IMG/VR virus record: IMGVR_UViG_2645727538_000003
Source: a virus
Strand: one strand, 5' to 3'
DNA length: 64,000 bases
The position numbers and the translations under genes were made by a program. Positions 56,700-64,000 of the stretch are shown one piece after another (the stretch's first letter is position 1; every line of letters starts with the position of its first letter). The notes under the pieces were generated by a model that worked only from the letters and a program-made list of their open reading frames with translations, ran no database searches and was not told the origin of the DNA.

Positions 56700-57917
56700 T
56701 CAGGTATCTAGCCAGTTTGTGAGCAGCTTCCTCATTCTTAAAGAAGGTATGTACAAAGTTATTTCTTCTCCATCCCTAATAGCTGACCTCCATACCCATT
56801 GCACTAACTCAGACAATGCAAATGCGTCCTGGTCTATTGTAATACTGTACTTTTCTTTAAAATAATTATACAGAACAGTATTCGTATATCTGTTTATTGT
56901 ATATGCTAAGTGTTTCTTATGCTTAAACTCGTTTGTAGCACGTGCATTACATGAGACAAACCCCTTTGTATACCCATTGCCCTTTATTCTGTTCTTATGG
57001 TCTGAATAAGTCGTCCACATAGCTTCATCACTTGACGACTTAACAATATTATTAAAGTAATTGAATACATTGTTCTTCACCTTTTTGATGGTGTATGGTG
57101 ATTTATTTTTATACCAATTAGAAGACAGTGAAAACTCCAGTTGTCCTATTGTGTTTAGATTGCCTTCATATATTTTTATTTTGTTTCTTAACTCTTTCTT
57201 AAAGCTCCTTTCATAATCAGTACTGTGATCAATGAACCTATACTGCCCATCCATGTAAGCTGAAATGTACTTTTGATACTTAATGTTGTTCAGATCGTAG
57301 TAATATTTTTGTATTTGAGCATCAAACATATATGTAAGTATGTAAACCTCCTTGAATAACTGGAATACGTCGGCTGGAAAGTTCCAAATCAATATATTGT
57401 CTTTGAAATACATTAGGTTGTTATTTAACGCCATATCTCGAATGTCATCGTATCGTGTTTCATAGTCTTTTTTTTCTTCATTCCATTTGACAAAACCGTT
57501 TTCAATATAAATCAGATTGGAATCAAACAGTGTTGTTAGATCATGTTTCTTTACCTGTAATTGTTCCACTACTTCCATGACTTCATCTAATATCAGTGTG
57601 TAATTGCCTGCAAGTATAAGTTCCTTTGTCTCGTCGTTTGCGTTTTTAAAAAGGTTATGAGTTGCCACAATGTTTTTATTTTGTGATAAGAGTTCGTGAA
57701 AGGATTCAAACTTATATTGTGTTTTATCACCTTTCTTCTTTACTTTAGGTTCGAAAAATTGTTTGCCCTTTATGCTTTTCTTTATGCGCTCAACTTCATT
57801 TAAATAAGGTGTGATGAATATAAAGGTTTCTTCTTTACTGGCAGAATTCATTTTGTTAATCGCTGCAGATGTTTTACCGCTTCCCATAACCGAATCAACT
57901 ATTTTAATTTTATTCAT
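56700..57917 (-). CDS. yonV: SF2-like helicase/ATPase
   Basis: VDSVMGSGKT; LILDE; QWVWRSAIR; 405 aa; SPbeta yonV position. Confidence 0.85.
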   Translation of the reverse strand: MNKIKIVDSVMGSGKTSAAINKMNSASKEETFIFITPYLNEVERIKKSIKGKQFFEPKVKKKGDKTQYKFESFHELLSQNKNIVATHNLFKNANDETKELILAGNYTLILDEVMEVVEQLQVKKHDLTTLFDSNLIYIENGFVKWNEEKKDYETRYDDIRDMALNNNLMYFKDNILIWNFPADVFQLFKEVYILTYMFDAQIQKYYYDLNNIKYQKYISAYMDGQYRFIDHSTDYERSFKKELRNKIKIYEGNLNTIGQLEFSLSSNWYKNKSPYTIKKVKNNVFNYFNNIVKSSSDEAMWTTYSDHKNRIKGNGYTKGFVSCNARATNEFKHKKHLAYTINRYTNTVLYNYFKEKYSITIDQDAFALSELVQWVWRSAIRDGEEITLYIPSLRMRKLLTNWLDT

Positions 57918-57997
57918 AATATATACAGACTTCCCCCTTTAATATTAAAAATAAAGGAACGGATAAATGTTTTACCGCTCCTTCTCATGTATGAAAT

Positions 57998-58246
57998 TCA
58001 ATTGTTGATTCTTTCTTCAAGATCATGAATACGTCTTTCAAGTTCAGAGAATTTCTTATCATTGTATCGGTGGTCACTTTCAATATTCTTGTTAATAATC
58101 TTAAGCATGGATACAACTTCTTCAGGTTCATTTTCTTCGATCCGTTTAACCGTTTCTTTAATATCCTTAACGTCCTGCTTAATTGTGTTAATATCCTTGG
58201 AAAGTTGCTGAATCGCTTCAAGGATCTGATTTCCCATTCCGCTCAC
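57998..58246 (-). CDS. Coiled-coil protein (yonU-like)
   Basis: Third gene of the yonT-yoyJ unit. Confidence 0.65.
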   Translation of the reverse strand: MSGMGNQILEAIQQLSKDINTIKQDVKDIKETVKRIEENEPEEVVSMLKIINKNIESDHRYNDKKFSELERRIHDLEERINN

Positions 58247-58287
58247 CTCTAATAAGCTTAGTATAGCATGATGTTAGCTAGATTTGT

Positions 58288-58491
58288 TTACCTTCTTTTG
58301 GCGTATACAAAGTAAGCGATCCATAACAAAATGACAATGATACACGTTACTATGAAGATAGCCGTAATAAGCGACTGTATTCCGCTGCTGAAGTAATCTT
58401 TGATGAAGAGGAACAATAAGAATAAAACAATAAATGTTATGTTCGTAAACCATAATGAGAATCGTGTCATGTTTACAAAGTGCTTGTCCAT
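58288..58491 (-). CDS. yoyJ: Two-TM membrane toxin-like protein
   Basis: Two hydrophobic helices; directly downstream of yonT. Confidence 0.65.
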   Translation of the reverse strand: MDKHFVNMTRFSLWFTNITFIVLFLLFLFIKDYFSSGIQSLITAIFIVTCIIVILLWIAYFVYAKRR

Positions 58492-58504
58492 GTTATAATA
58501 TGGG

Positions 58505-58610
58505 TAGTGACTAAAGGGGAATTAATCCCCTTTAGCGTGTTATCTGCGTATACGTTTGCGTTGTCTCTTGCTACGGAGGCGCTTGCGTGTACGCTTTTTA
58601 TTTTTGCTTT
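58505..58610 (+). ncRNA. SR6-like antisense antitoxin RNA (ends approximate)
   Basis: Plus-strand promoter TTTACA(58472)-16-TATAAT(58494) with extended TG; hairpin CTAAAGGGGA-ATTAA-TCCCCTTTAG; overlaps the yonT 3' end. Confidence 0.55.
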
Positions 58611-58719
58611 TCTTATTCTTCATCAGGTTTTGAATCTTCTCAGCTATCGTTAAACAGTTGATGATTAAAACCGTGATAGGAATAAGGAAAGCAATTGTTA
58701 TACCCACTTTCTCAAGCAC
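58540..58719 (-). CDS. yonT: Type I toxin YonT (59 aa)
   Basis: GTG start after AGGAGGTG; hydrophobic helix followed by a highly basic tail KKRTRKRLRSKRQRKRIRR. Confidence 0.88.
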   Translation of the reverse strand: MLEKVGITIAFLIPITVLIINCLTIAEKIQNLMKNKKSKNKKRTRKRLRSKRQRKRIRR

Positions 58720-58799
58720 TATGTACACCTCCTTTCCTATAACTCTATTATAGCACATTCTTCTTACAAAGTCATTTTATTTTTACTCTAAATATGGAT

Positions 58800-59660
58800 T
58801 TTTTAAATTATTTTGGACTATTATTCATGTGTGTATAGGCTGTATAAGGCGTGTATGTGGATTGGATACCAATGATACTATGATTAAATTAAAATTGATT
58901 CTAGGTGGATTAGAATGCTTCTGATGATACCTGGTTAGTTTGCTATAGGATGGATATATGATGTATGGTGAAGGAAACGGATAGAGATGAGGACAAGCAA
59001 GGTTATGGGTGGATATAATGGGAAGGAATATGGTTAGGATGAATATAAAATAGGTGTATGAATTGATGAGTAAATTGCATAGATAAAAAATAAGACTTCG
59101 ATTTGCTTCCTTTCGTTATATACACGATTATTTTAATGAATGGGTATTCACTTTTAAATTGACCGCTTAATTATTTTTTCAAAAATAAATATTGTTTTTC
59201 ATTTGAAATTGTGTTAGCTGTGCAAATTTATCAGCCAAATCATAAAAACCCTACATAACGTATCTTATATAGGGAATTAAATACCAATATATAGGGGGTA
59301 TATTAACATCTAAAGGCCAAAAAATAGGAACAAATGTACCCCTAGCACTTCCATTTCCACACCCAACTTATTTTTTCACTTTCCCATTTTTCAGCCTATT
59401 TTCACATCGTAATCGCTATCGTAAAAGCCTATAATATCAATGTTTTTCCACCCCTTATTCTCCCCTTTTTCATCAGATTTTTAAATAAACAACCACTTTT
59501 CCTCTCTCCTGTCTACGTTTTACGATCACAAAACACCTATTATCCCCTTTGACAGCTCTAAATCATTGCTATATCAACTAAATAACCCTTTCCAATCTTC
59601 ATTTACGATAAGTACTTTTTTTAGCTCACGAACACTAAGGGGGTCATAAAAAATCAAAAT
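58800..59660. other. Long non-coding region, origin-of-replication candidate
   Basis: No ORF of 60 aa or more; G-rich 58820-59080 then C-rich 59340-59600; repeated TTTACGAT/ATCGTAAA and ATATCAA motifs. Confidence 0.45.
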
Positions 59661-59685
59661 AAAAAAGCCACCTTAATTGGCAGCT
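59661..59685 (-). terminator. Terminator after the tubulin-like gene
   Basis: Minus strand GCTGCC-AATTAA-GGTGGC-TTTTTT. Confidence 0.7.
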
Positions 59686-59696
59686 TCCCTTTAAAA

Positions 59697-60809
59697 TTAG
59701 CGCTTTAGTCTCTTCAGCGCCTCCATATACGAGGTCTTTTTCGATTCCTTGTTCTCCAGTTTCTTCGGTTTAAATAAATCCTCTCTACGGCGATTCTTCG
59801 CTTTATAAACAGTTGTTTCTTTAACTTCAGTGTTCCCATTTTCAATTAAATCATCTAACTGCTTCATTCGCTCATTGATCCAGGTTAATCCACTAAGAAT
59901 CGTTATCGCCCTATTACCTTTATCATAATGCCCTTTAAATAAGTCTAGGGGCATCTTGTTATCAAAGACATTAAACAGCTCATTATACGATATATGCTCC
60001 GTTAAGAACTCATGAACATCCAGAATGACTCCAGCTCTCATCACATTTGTAAACTCAACAGGAGTGAAAATCGAATTGTTCCACGACTTTTGTATATCTT
60101 CATGCAGCTTATCAAAATACTTACCCTCATTTGTAAATTCATTGAGGTCTGTTTGAGCAATAGTCATGATTCCTGGTGTGTCAAAAAGCTGATTTAAATC
60201 CTTCCTGTCTAATGTACTGATCTTTGATCCTCTGTCCGTGTAATTGAGTAAGACTTCGATTAAATCAAGGAACATCTTGTTTGTCTCCTTGTATAGTCTG
60301 CTTTCAGAAATCTTCCCTTCATATTTGCTCAAAACCATTTGATTATCCAAAGGTAAGACACAGATCTCTGGCATAGATAAGTCATCAAGCAACTCCAGTG
60401 TATTCATCTGGTTAACCAATACCTCATTATTGTCAGGAAGGATTGGTACAGCAACTATTGTTTTATGTGTAAGACATTCGTTTAACAATTCTAATAATAT
60501 ATGGGCTACTCCTGAACCGGTTCCACCAGCTGCAGAGAAAACTACGAAAATAACTTGAACTGAAGGCTTTTCCATTGTGTTCTTTATAAACTCAATAGAG
60601 GACTCCCAGTTATTTTTCATATGTTTCGCTGCTACGCTTCTGTCTTTACCTACTCCTTCTGTCCCTACCAGATGAAGCTTATCTTGAATATTGATTAATG
60701 AATTAAGGTCTGAAAGTGAATAATTTATTGCAACAGAATGAAATCCTCTCTTCATTGCTTCATCCGCTATACTTCCACCGGCCTGACCAACTCCAATAAA
60801 TCCAAACAT
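59697..60809 (-). CDS. Tubulin/FtsZ-family GTPase (TubZ-like)
   Basis: FIGVGQAGGSI; GVGKDR; signature AAGGTGSG; LPLDN; TLDRKDL; charged C-terminal tail. Confidence 0.9.
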   Translation of the reverse strand: MFGFIGVGQAGGSIADEAMKRGFHSVAINYSLSDLNSLINIQDKLHLVGTEGVGKDRSVAAKHMKNNWESSIEFIKNTMEKPSVQVIFVVFSAAGGTGSGVAHILLELLNECLTHKTIVAVPILPDNNEVLVNQMNTLELLDDLSMPEICVLPLDNQMVLSKYEGKISESRLYKETNKMFLDLIEVLLNYTDRGSKISTLDRKDLNQLFDTPGIMTIAQTDLNEFTNEGKYFDKLHEDIQKSWNNSIFTPVEFTNVMRAGVILDVHEFLTEHISYNELFNVFDNKMPLDLFKGHYDKGNRAITILSGLTWINERMKQLDDLIENGNTEVKETTVYKAKNRRREDLFKPKKLENKESKKTSYMEALKRLKR

Positions 60810-61093
60810 TAAACCCTCTCCCCTTCTAATTGATATCTCAAAGCTTCTTGACCATATTGAGTAATAAAAATTGTATGCTCTTTACTGTTTTTCACTATAT
60901 TAATAAATTGCAAGGCCTCCAGCCGATCGATGCTCTTTCTAAAGGTAGCATCAGTTAACTGAGTTTTTGCTTGAATGGTTTTCTTCCTAATTGATTTAAA
61001 CTTTAAATCAGCCCCTTCATCACTCAATAAGCCTAGAATATACAGATCATTTCGAGTTAAGTTGTCAATTACAGAATCAAAATAAGTATCCAT
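60809..61093 (-). CDS. Winged-helix DNA-binding protein (TubR-like, 94 aa)
   Basis: ATG at 61093 after AGGAGGGG; TDATFRKSIDRLEALQFINIV...TIFITQYG wHTH; TAATG overlap with the tubulin gene. Confidence 0.75.
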   Translation of the reverse strand: MDTYFDSVIDNLTRNDLYILGLLSDEGADLKFKSIRKKTIQAKTQLTDATFRKSIDRLEALQFINIVKNSKEHTIFITQYGQEALRYQLEGERV

Positions 61094-61160
61094 GTAACCC
61101 CTCCTTAATATCTGATGATTTTGAAGTATCTTGGTTGATATACGATTATTATATTGTCTA

Positions 61161-61202
61161 TTTGTATTTGAATGCAAATATTTTTGTATCTTAATGCAAA
61201 TA
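61161..61202. repeat. Two 20-bp direct repeats at 22-bp period upstream of the tubR-like gene (tubC candidate)
   Basis: TTTGTATTTGAATGCAAATA and TTTGTATCTTAATGCAAATA. Confidence 0.6.
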
Positions 61203-61271
61203 ATCATACTCTGCTTGTATGTAAACCAGTCATTTTATAAAATTTATTCAAACAGCAAAAGGATGATTTAA

Positions 61272-61508
61272 ATGGAATATAGGGTTAAAAGTAAGTTGGA
61301 TTCATTTTTAAGCAGCAAAGGTATCGAAAAAGGCTGGTTAGCAGAGCAAATAAAAGCTGAAAGAGCAAGTATATCTAGATGGTGTAAAAATGACAGCGAG
61401 GGATTTGCAACCGTCCTCCCTAGTACATACAATCTTTTATTGATGGCACATGTTCTAAATTGTAAAGTTGACGATCTTTTTGAATTAATCGAAATTAAAT
61501 CCAATTAA
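61272..61508 (+). CDS. XRE-family HTH protein
   Basis: LDSFLSSKGIEKGWLAEQI...SISRWC...AHVLNCKVDDLF. Confidence 0.8.
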   Translation: MEYRVKSKLDSFLSSKGIEKGWLAEQIKAERASISRWCKNDSEGFATVLPSTYNLLLMAHVLNCKVDDLFELIEIKSN

Positions 61509-61523
61509 CTTTGGATTTTTATG

Positions 61524-61552
61524 TTTACAAGAGTAAAAATAAAATATATAAT
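61524..61552 (+). promoter_or_regulatory. Sigma-A promoter whose 17-nt spacer is the repeated phage element
   Basis: TTTACA-AGAGTAAAAATAAAATA-TATAAT upstream of yonP/yonO. Confidence 0.8.
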
Positions 61553-61627
61553 AAAGACACAACCACGTGAAGTGGTCTTTATTTTAATCATTTTAAGAGT
61601 AAAAATAAAATAGTATGGAGGTGTAAG

Positions 61628-61807
61628 ATGAAAAAGCAGTATTTATTTAGTCATTTATTGGGGTTTATTGAGGGAAAAGTAGTCGATGGTACAGCAACAC
61701 CCGAAGAAGAATACCTTTATCAGGATTACAAGTGGTACGGAAAGATTAATAAGCACAGCTTTACATATCGAAGTTTAGTAAATCAATATCTTAATAGCGA
61801 ATATTAA
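61628..61807 (+). CDS. Small protein (59 aa, yonP-like)
   Basis: Manual ORF MKKQYLFSHLLGFIEGKVVDGTATPEEEYLYQDYKWYGKINKHSFTYRSLVNQYLNSEY with GGAGGTG RBS. Confidence 0.65.
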   Translation: MKKQYLFSHLLGFIEGKVVDGTATPEEEYLYQDYKWYGKINKHSFTYRSLVNQYLNSEY

Positions 61808-61847
61808 GAACTTATAGAGTAAAAATAAAATAATTGGAGGGGATTGA

Positions 61848-64000
61848 TTGAAAAGAAAAAAAGACGGATTGTCTAAGCAAGTTCACATCTACAGTGTAGA
61901 CACATCGGCATTTTATAATGACAAAGAAAATTCATTACATAATAAGATTTTGAAGTCTTATAGATACAGAGATTACCTTAAGACATTAGACAATGTAAAT
62001 CATAAACATAAGAAATACATATCACAAAGGATTACATACCTTAAAGAATGCCTTTATTCCGCATTTGAAGAACATAATGACATTAGAACACTTCGAACTG
62101 ACAGTTTAAGGGATAATAAAGTGATTTCTTTATTTGATTCAGTGTTGACCCGTACATTAGGGATTAAAGAAAACACCCTTTCAGAGGAAATCATGGTTGT
62201 CCAGACTTACCATTTTGAGGTGTTGAAGGATATTATTGATCAAGGATTTTTACATAACAATGAAAAATACATTTATTTCACAAGCAGTGCCGGTCAAATT
62301 CGTACAAAGAAATCATGTTTCATTAAAAAAAGCACCTACGATAAGTATCAGGATGCTTTGACATGCGGGTTGAGTATTGAAAAGATTAACTCCCTTGGTG
62401 GTAGCAGCATTAACAAATGGAATAGCTATATGGCCCTTTCTAACAGTGCCAGTAGCCCTTGGGAGATTGATATTGATAAAGCCATTGTTGTCAACGACTT
62501 AGAAACTGATGTGTCGAGTCTCGTTGACTACATTGATCGAGATACCTACGATATCACACGAAAAACAATGAACATTCCCATTGAGCATACGGATGGATGC
62601 GGAATGATACTCCCCACTCTAAGTCGTAAAAGCTTCATGGTAAGGCTCCCATGGGTAAAGGGTTTATTAGTCCCTTTTGATTTTCGTAAATTTGCTGAGG
62701 AAAACAAAGCTTTTAAAGTAACTGATATATACGGCAAGGAATGGGACGTAGTGAAAGATGATGTTCAAATTATCTTCACTAAAAGCCAGTTTAAAATGTG
62801 GAAGTATTATTCATCGTGGGAAGAATATCAAGGCAATTATAAAAAATATGGATGCTTAGGGGCAAAACTCAACGAAGAAGATCCTTCTGTTGAAGGGAAG
62901 CTCACTTATCAAATGCTCCAGACACTTACAGATATCTCCGATGAAGAATTAATTCAAATGAGCTCAAAGACTGTAAAAGAAATAACCACATTGGGAACTG
63001 ACAAAGAAACCATGTTAAGAGTTCTTGGAGCTACGGAGAAAAAGAAACATCGGACAGCTCTTCAGGACGCTTTACTTCTATATCCAGAACTTCTTAACGA
63101 TGATCACACGAAAGAAATTATCAAAAATAAAAAGAAAAGCATGATTAAAGATGCCAAATCAGGAAAATTGCTTGTGGATGGTGCGCGTTATACATACTTA
63201 TGCCCTGATCTATATGCTTTCTGCGAAAAATTATTTCTGAACATCCAGAATCCAAAAGGACTGCTTTCAGGAAGTGATGTCCATTGTTCTTTATATGATG
63301 AAGGGTATATTGATATCCTCCGCTCCCCTCACCTATTCAGAGAGCATGGTGTTAGGTGGAACAAAAAAGATGAGAAATATGAAAAATGGTTCATTACACC
63401 AGGTGTTTACACAAGCATTCATGATCCGATTTCTAAGTTGCTGCAGTTTGATAATGACGGGGATAAGGCTTTAATTATTGCTGATGAGTTAATCGTTAAT
63501 ATCGCCAAGCGTAATATGGAAAACATCGTTCCGTTGTATTATGAAATGTCTGTAGCCCAGAAACAAGAGATTAATAGCAAGAACATCTATGAAGCACTAA
63601 CTCTTGCTTATGGGATCAATATCGGGGAGTACAGTAACAACATCACTAAGATATGGAACAGTGACAATATAAATCTGGATGTGATCAAATGGTTATGCAT
63701 GGAAAATAACTTTACTATCGATTTTGCAAAAACCTTATTCATGCCCACCCGTCCTGATCATGTTGATGAAAAAATCAAAGATTACATAAAAAATAAAGTC
63801 CCCTACTTCTTCATAAATGCAAAGGATAAAGAAGAACATAGCGTTGAGTTAATTAATGAAAGCACAGTAAATAAGTTAGACTCCATTATCCCTTCTGACC
63901 GAATTAATTTCGCAGCAGTGGCAGGAAAATTTGATTATCGCTTCCTACTCAGGAACAAAGAGATTAAATTGGACGATGCAATTATTAGTGAATACAAACG
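61848..64000 (+). CDS. yonO: Single-subunit two-barrel DNA-dependent RNA polymerase (partial, runs off window)
   Basis: TTG at 61848 after GGAGGGG; in-frame landmarks include [19 protein letters not shown] and the catalytic DNDGD at 63450-63464. Confidence 0.93.
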   Translation, partial: MKRKKDGLSKQVHIYSVDTSAFYNDKENSLHNKILKSYRYRDYLKTLDNVNHKHKKYISQRITYLKECLYSAFEEHNDIRTLRTDSLRDNKVISLFDSVLTRTLGIKENTLSEEIMVVQTYHFEVLKDIIDQGFLHNNEKYIYFTSSAGQIRTKKSCFIKKSTYDKYQDALTCGLSIEKINSLGGSSINKWNSYMALSNSASSPWEIDIDKAIVVNDLETDVSSLVDYIDRDTYDITRKTMNIPIEHTDGCGMILPTLSRKSFMVRLPWVKGLLVPFDFRKFAEENKAFKVTDIYGKEWDVVKDDVQIIFTKSQFKMWKYYSSWEEYQGNYKKYGCLGAKLNEEDPSVEGKLTYQMLQTLTDISDEELIQMSSKTVKEITTLGTDKETMLRVLGATEKKKHRTALQDALLLYPELLNDDHTKEIIKNKKKSMIKDAKSGKLLVDGARYTYLCPDLYAFCEKLFLNIQNPKGLLSGSDVHCSLYDEGYIDILRSPHLFREHGVRWNKKDEKYEKWFITPGVYTSIHDPISKLLQFDNDGDKALIIADELIVNIAKRNMENIVPLYYEMSVAQKQEINSKNIYEALTLAYGINIGEYSNNITKIWNSDNINLDVIKWLCMENNFTIDFAKTLFMPTRPDHVDEKIKDYIKNKVPYFFINAKDKEEHSVELINESTVNKLDSIIPSDRINFAAVAGKFDYRFLLRNKEIKLDDAIISEYK

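Larger units (their letters stand above)
4843..61832. repeat. Dispersed 17-bp element AGA(G/A)TAAAAATAAAATA, about 20 copies (probable SPbeta repeated element)
   Basis: Copies at 4843, 5104, 6991, 19858, 21260, 31559, 36131, 36421, 37637, 41617, 41917, 43660, 52748, 52838, 56419, 56498, 58773 (minus) and 61530, 61596, 61816 (plus); orientation follows transcription. Confidence 0.75.
1..64000. mobile_element. SPbeta/phi3T-like temperate Bacillus phage, internal segment
   Basis: Collinear SPbeta-type gene set: nrdEI, yorL-yorE replication block, pghZ/yorA, yoqW/ligB, sro operon, aimRPX, yonV/yonT, yonO. No host genes or att site seen. Confidence 0.97.

Noticed and set aside
61094-61207. N-terminal extension of the 132-aa wHTH call
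   Set aside because: A strong RBS precedes ATG 61093; the extension spans the repeat/promoter region.
62546-63474. ORF-track calls 62546..62737 (-) and 63274..63474 (+)
   Set aside because: Both lie within the yonO reading frame region, which the track missed because it runs off the window.
1-64000. CRISPR array, tRNA, rRNA, IS elements, att site
   Set aside because: No regularly spaced repeat-spacer array, cloverleaf, rRNA-like tract, transposase or prophage junction seen by eye; a tRNAscan/CRISPR finder run would confirm.

Overview
The whole 64 kb window lies inside a large SPbeta/phi3T-like temperate Bacillus phage or prophage (B. subtilis group; no att site or host gene is visible). Genes from 1 to about 61,100 are mostly on the minus strand. 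In coordinate order: nrdE (partial) and nrdI; the yos/yor small-gene region with inserted morons; the replication block (DnaE, RecJ-like, primase, DnaB-like helicase, AAA ATPase, SSB-like); yorA/pghZ; SRAP plus ligB; the yoq/yop small-gene region; the sro repression operon (yopS, sroF/E/D/C/B/A); a complete arbitrium module (aimX, aimP encoding SAIRGA, aimR, with a 6-25-6 AimR operator); an orphan hicB; an accessory region (acyltransferase-3, orphan amino-methyltransferase, LPD29-type protein); yonV; the yonT type I TA locus; a long non-coding origin-like region; and a tubulin/FtsZ-like gene with a winged-helix partner. The divergent plus-strand arm carries an XRE gene, a yonP-like gene and the YonO RNA polymerase (partial). 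Most notable: (i) a TAAAA-N6-TTTTA element that marks gene boundaries, together with a SroD that keeps a full tyrosine-recombinase catalytic set; (ii) a halocin-C8-like bacteriocin with a coupled two-TM immunity candidate; (iii) a tubC-tubR-tubZ-like partition cassette; (iv) an LCI-like peptide; (v) an XRE regulon with a 19-bp operator covering the methyltransferase/LPD29 region. Gene names come from my recall of SPbeta/phi3T sequences and synteny, not from database searches.
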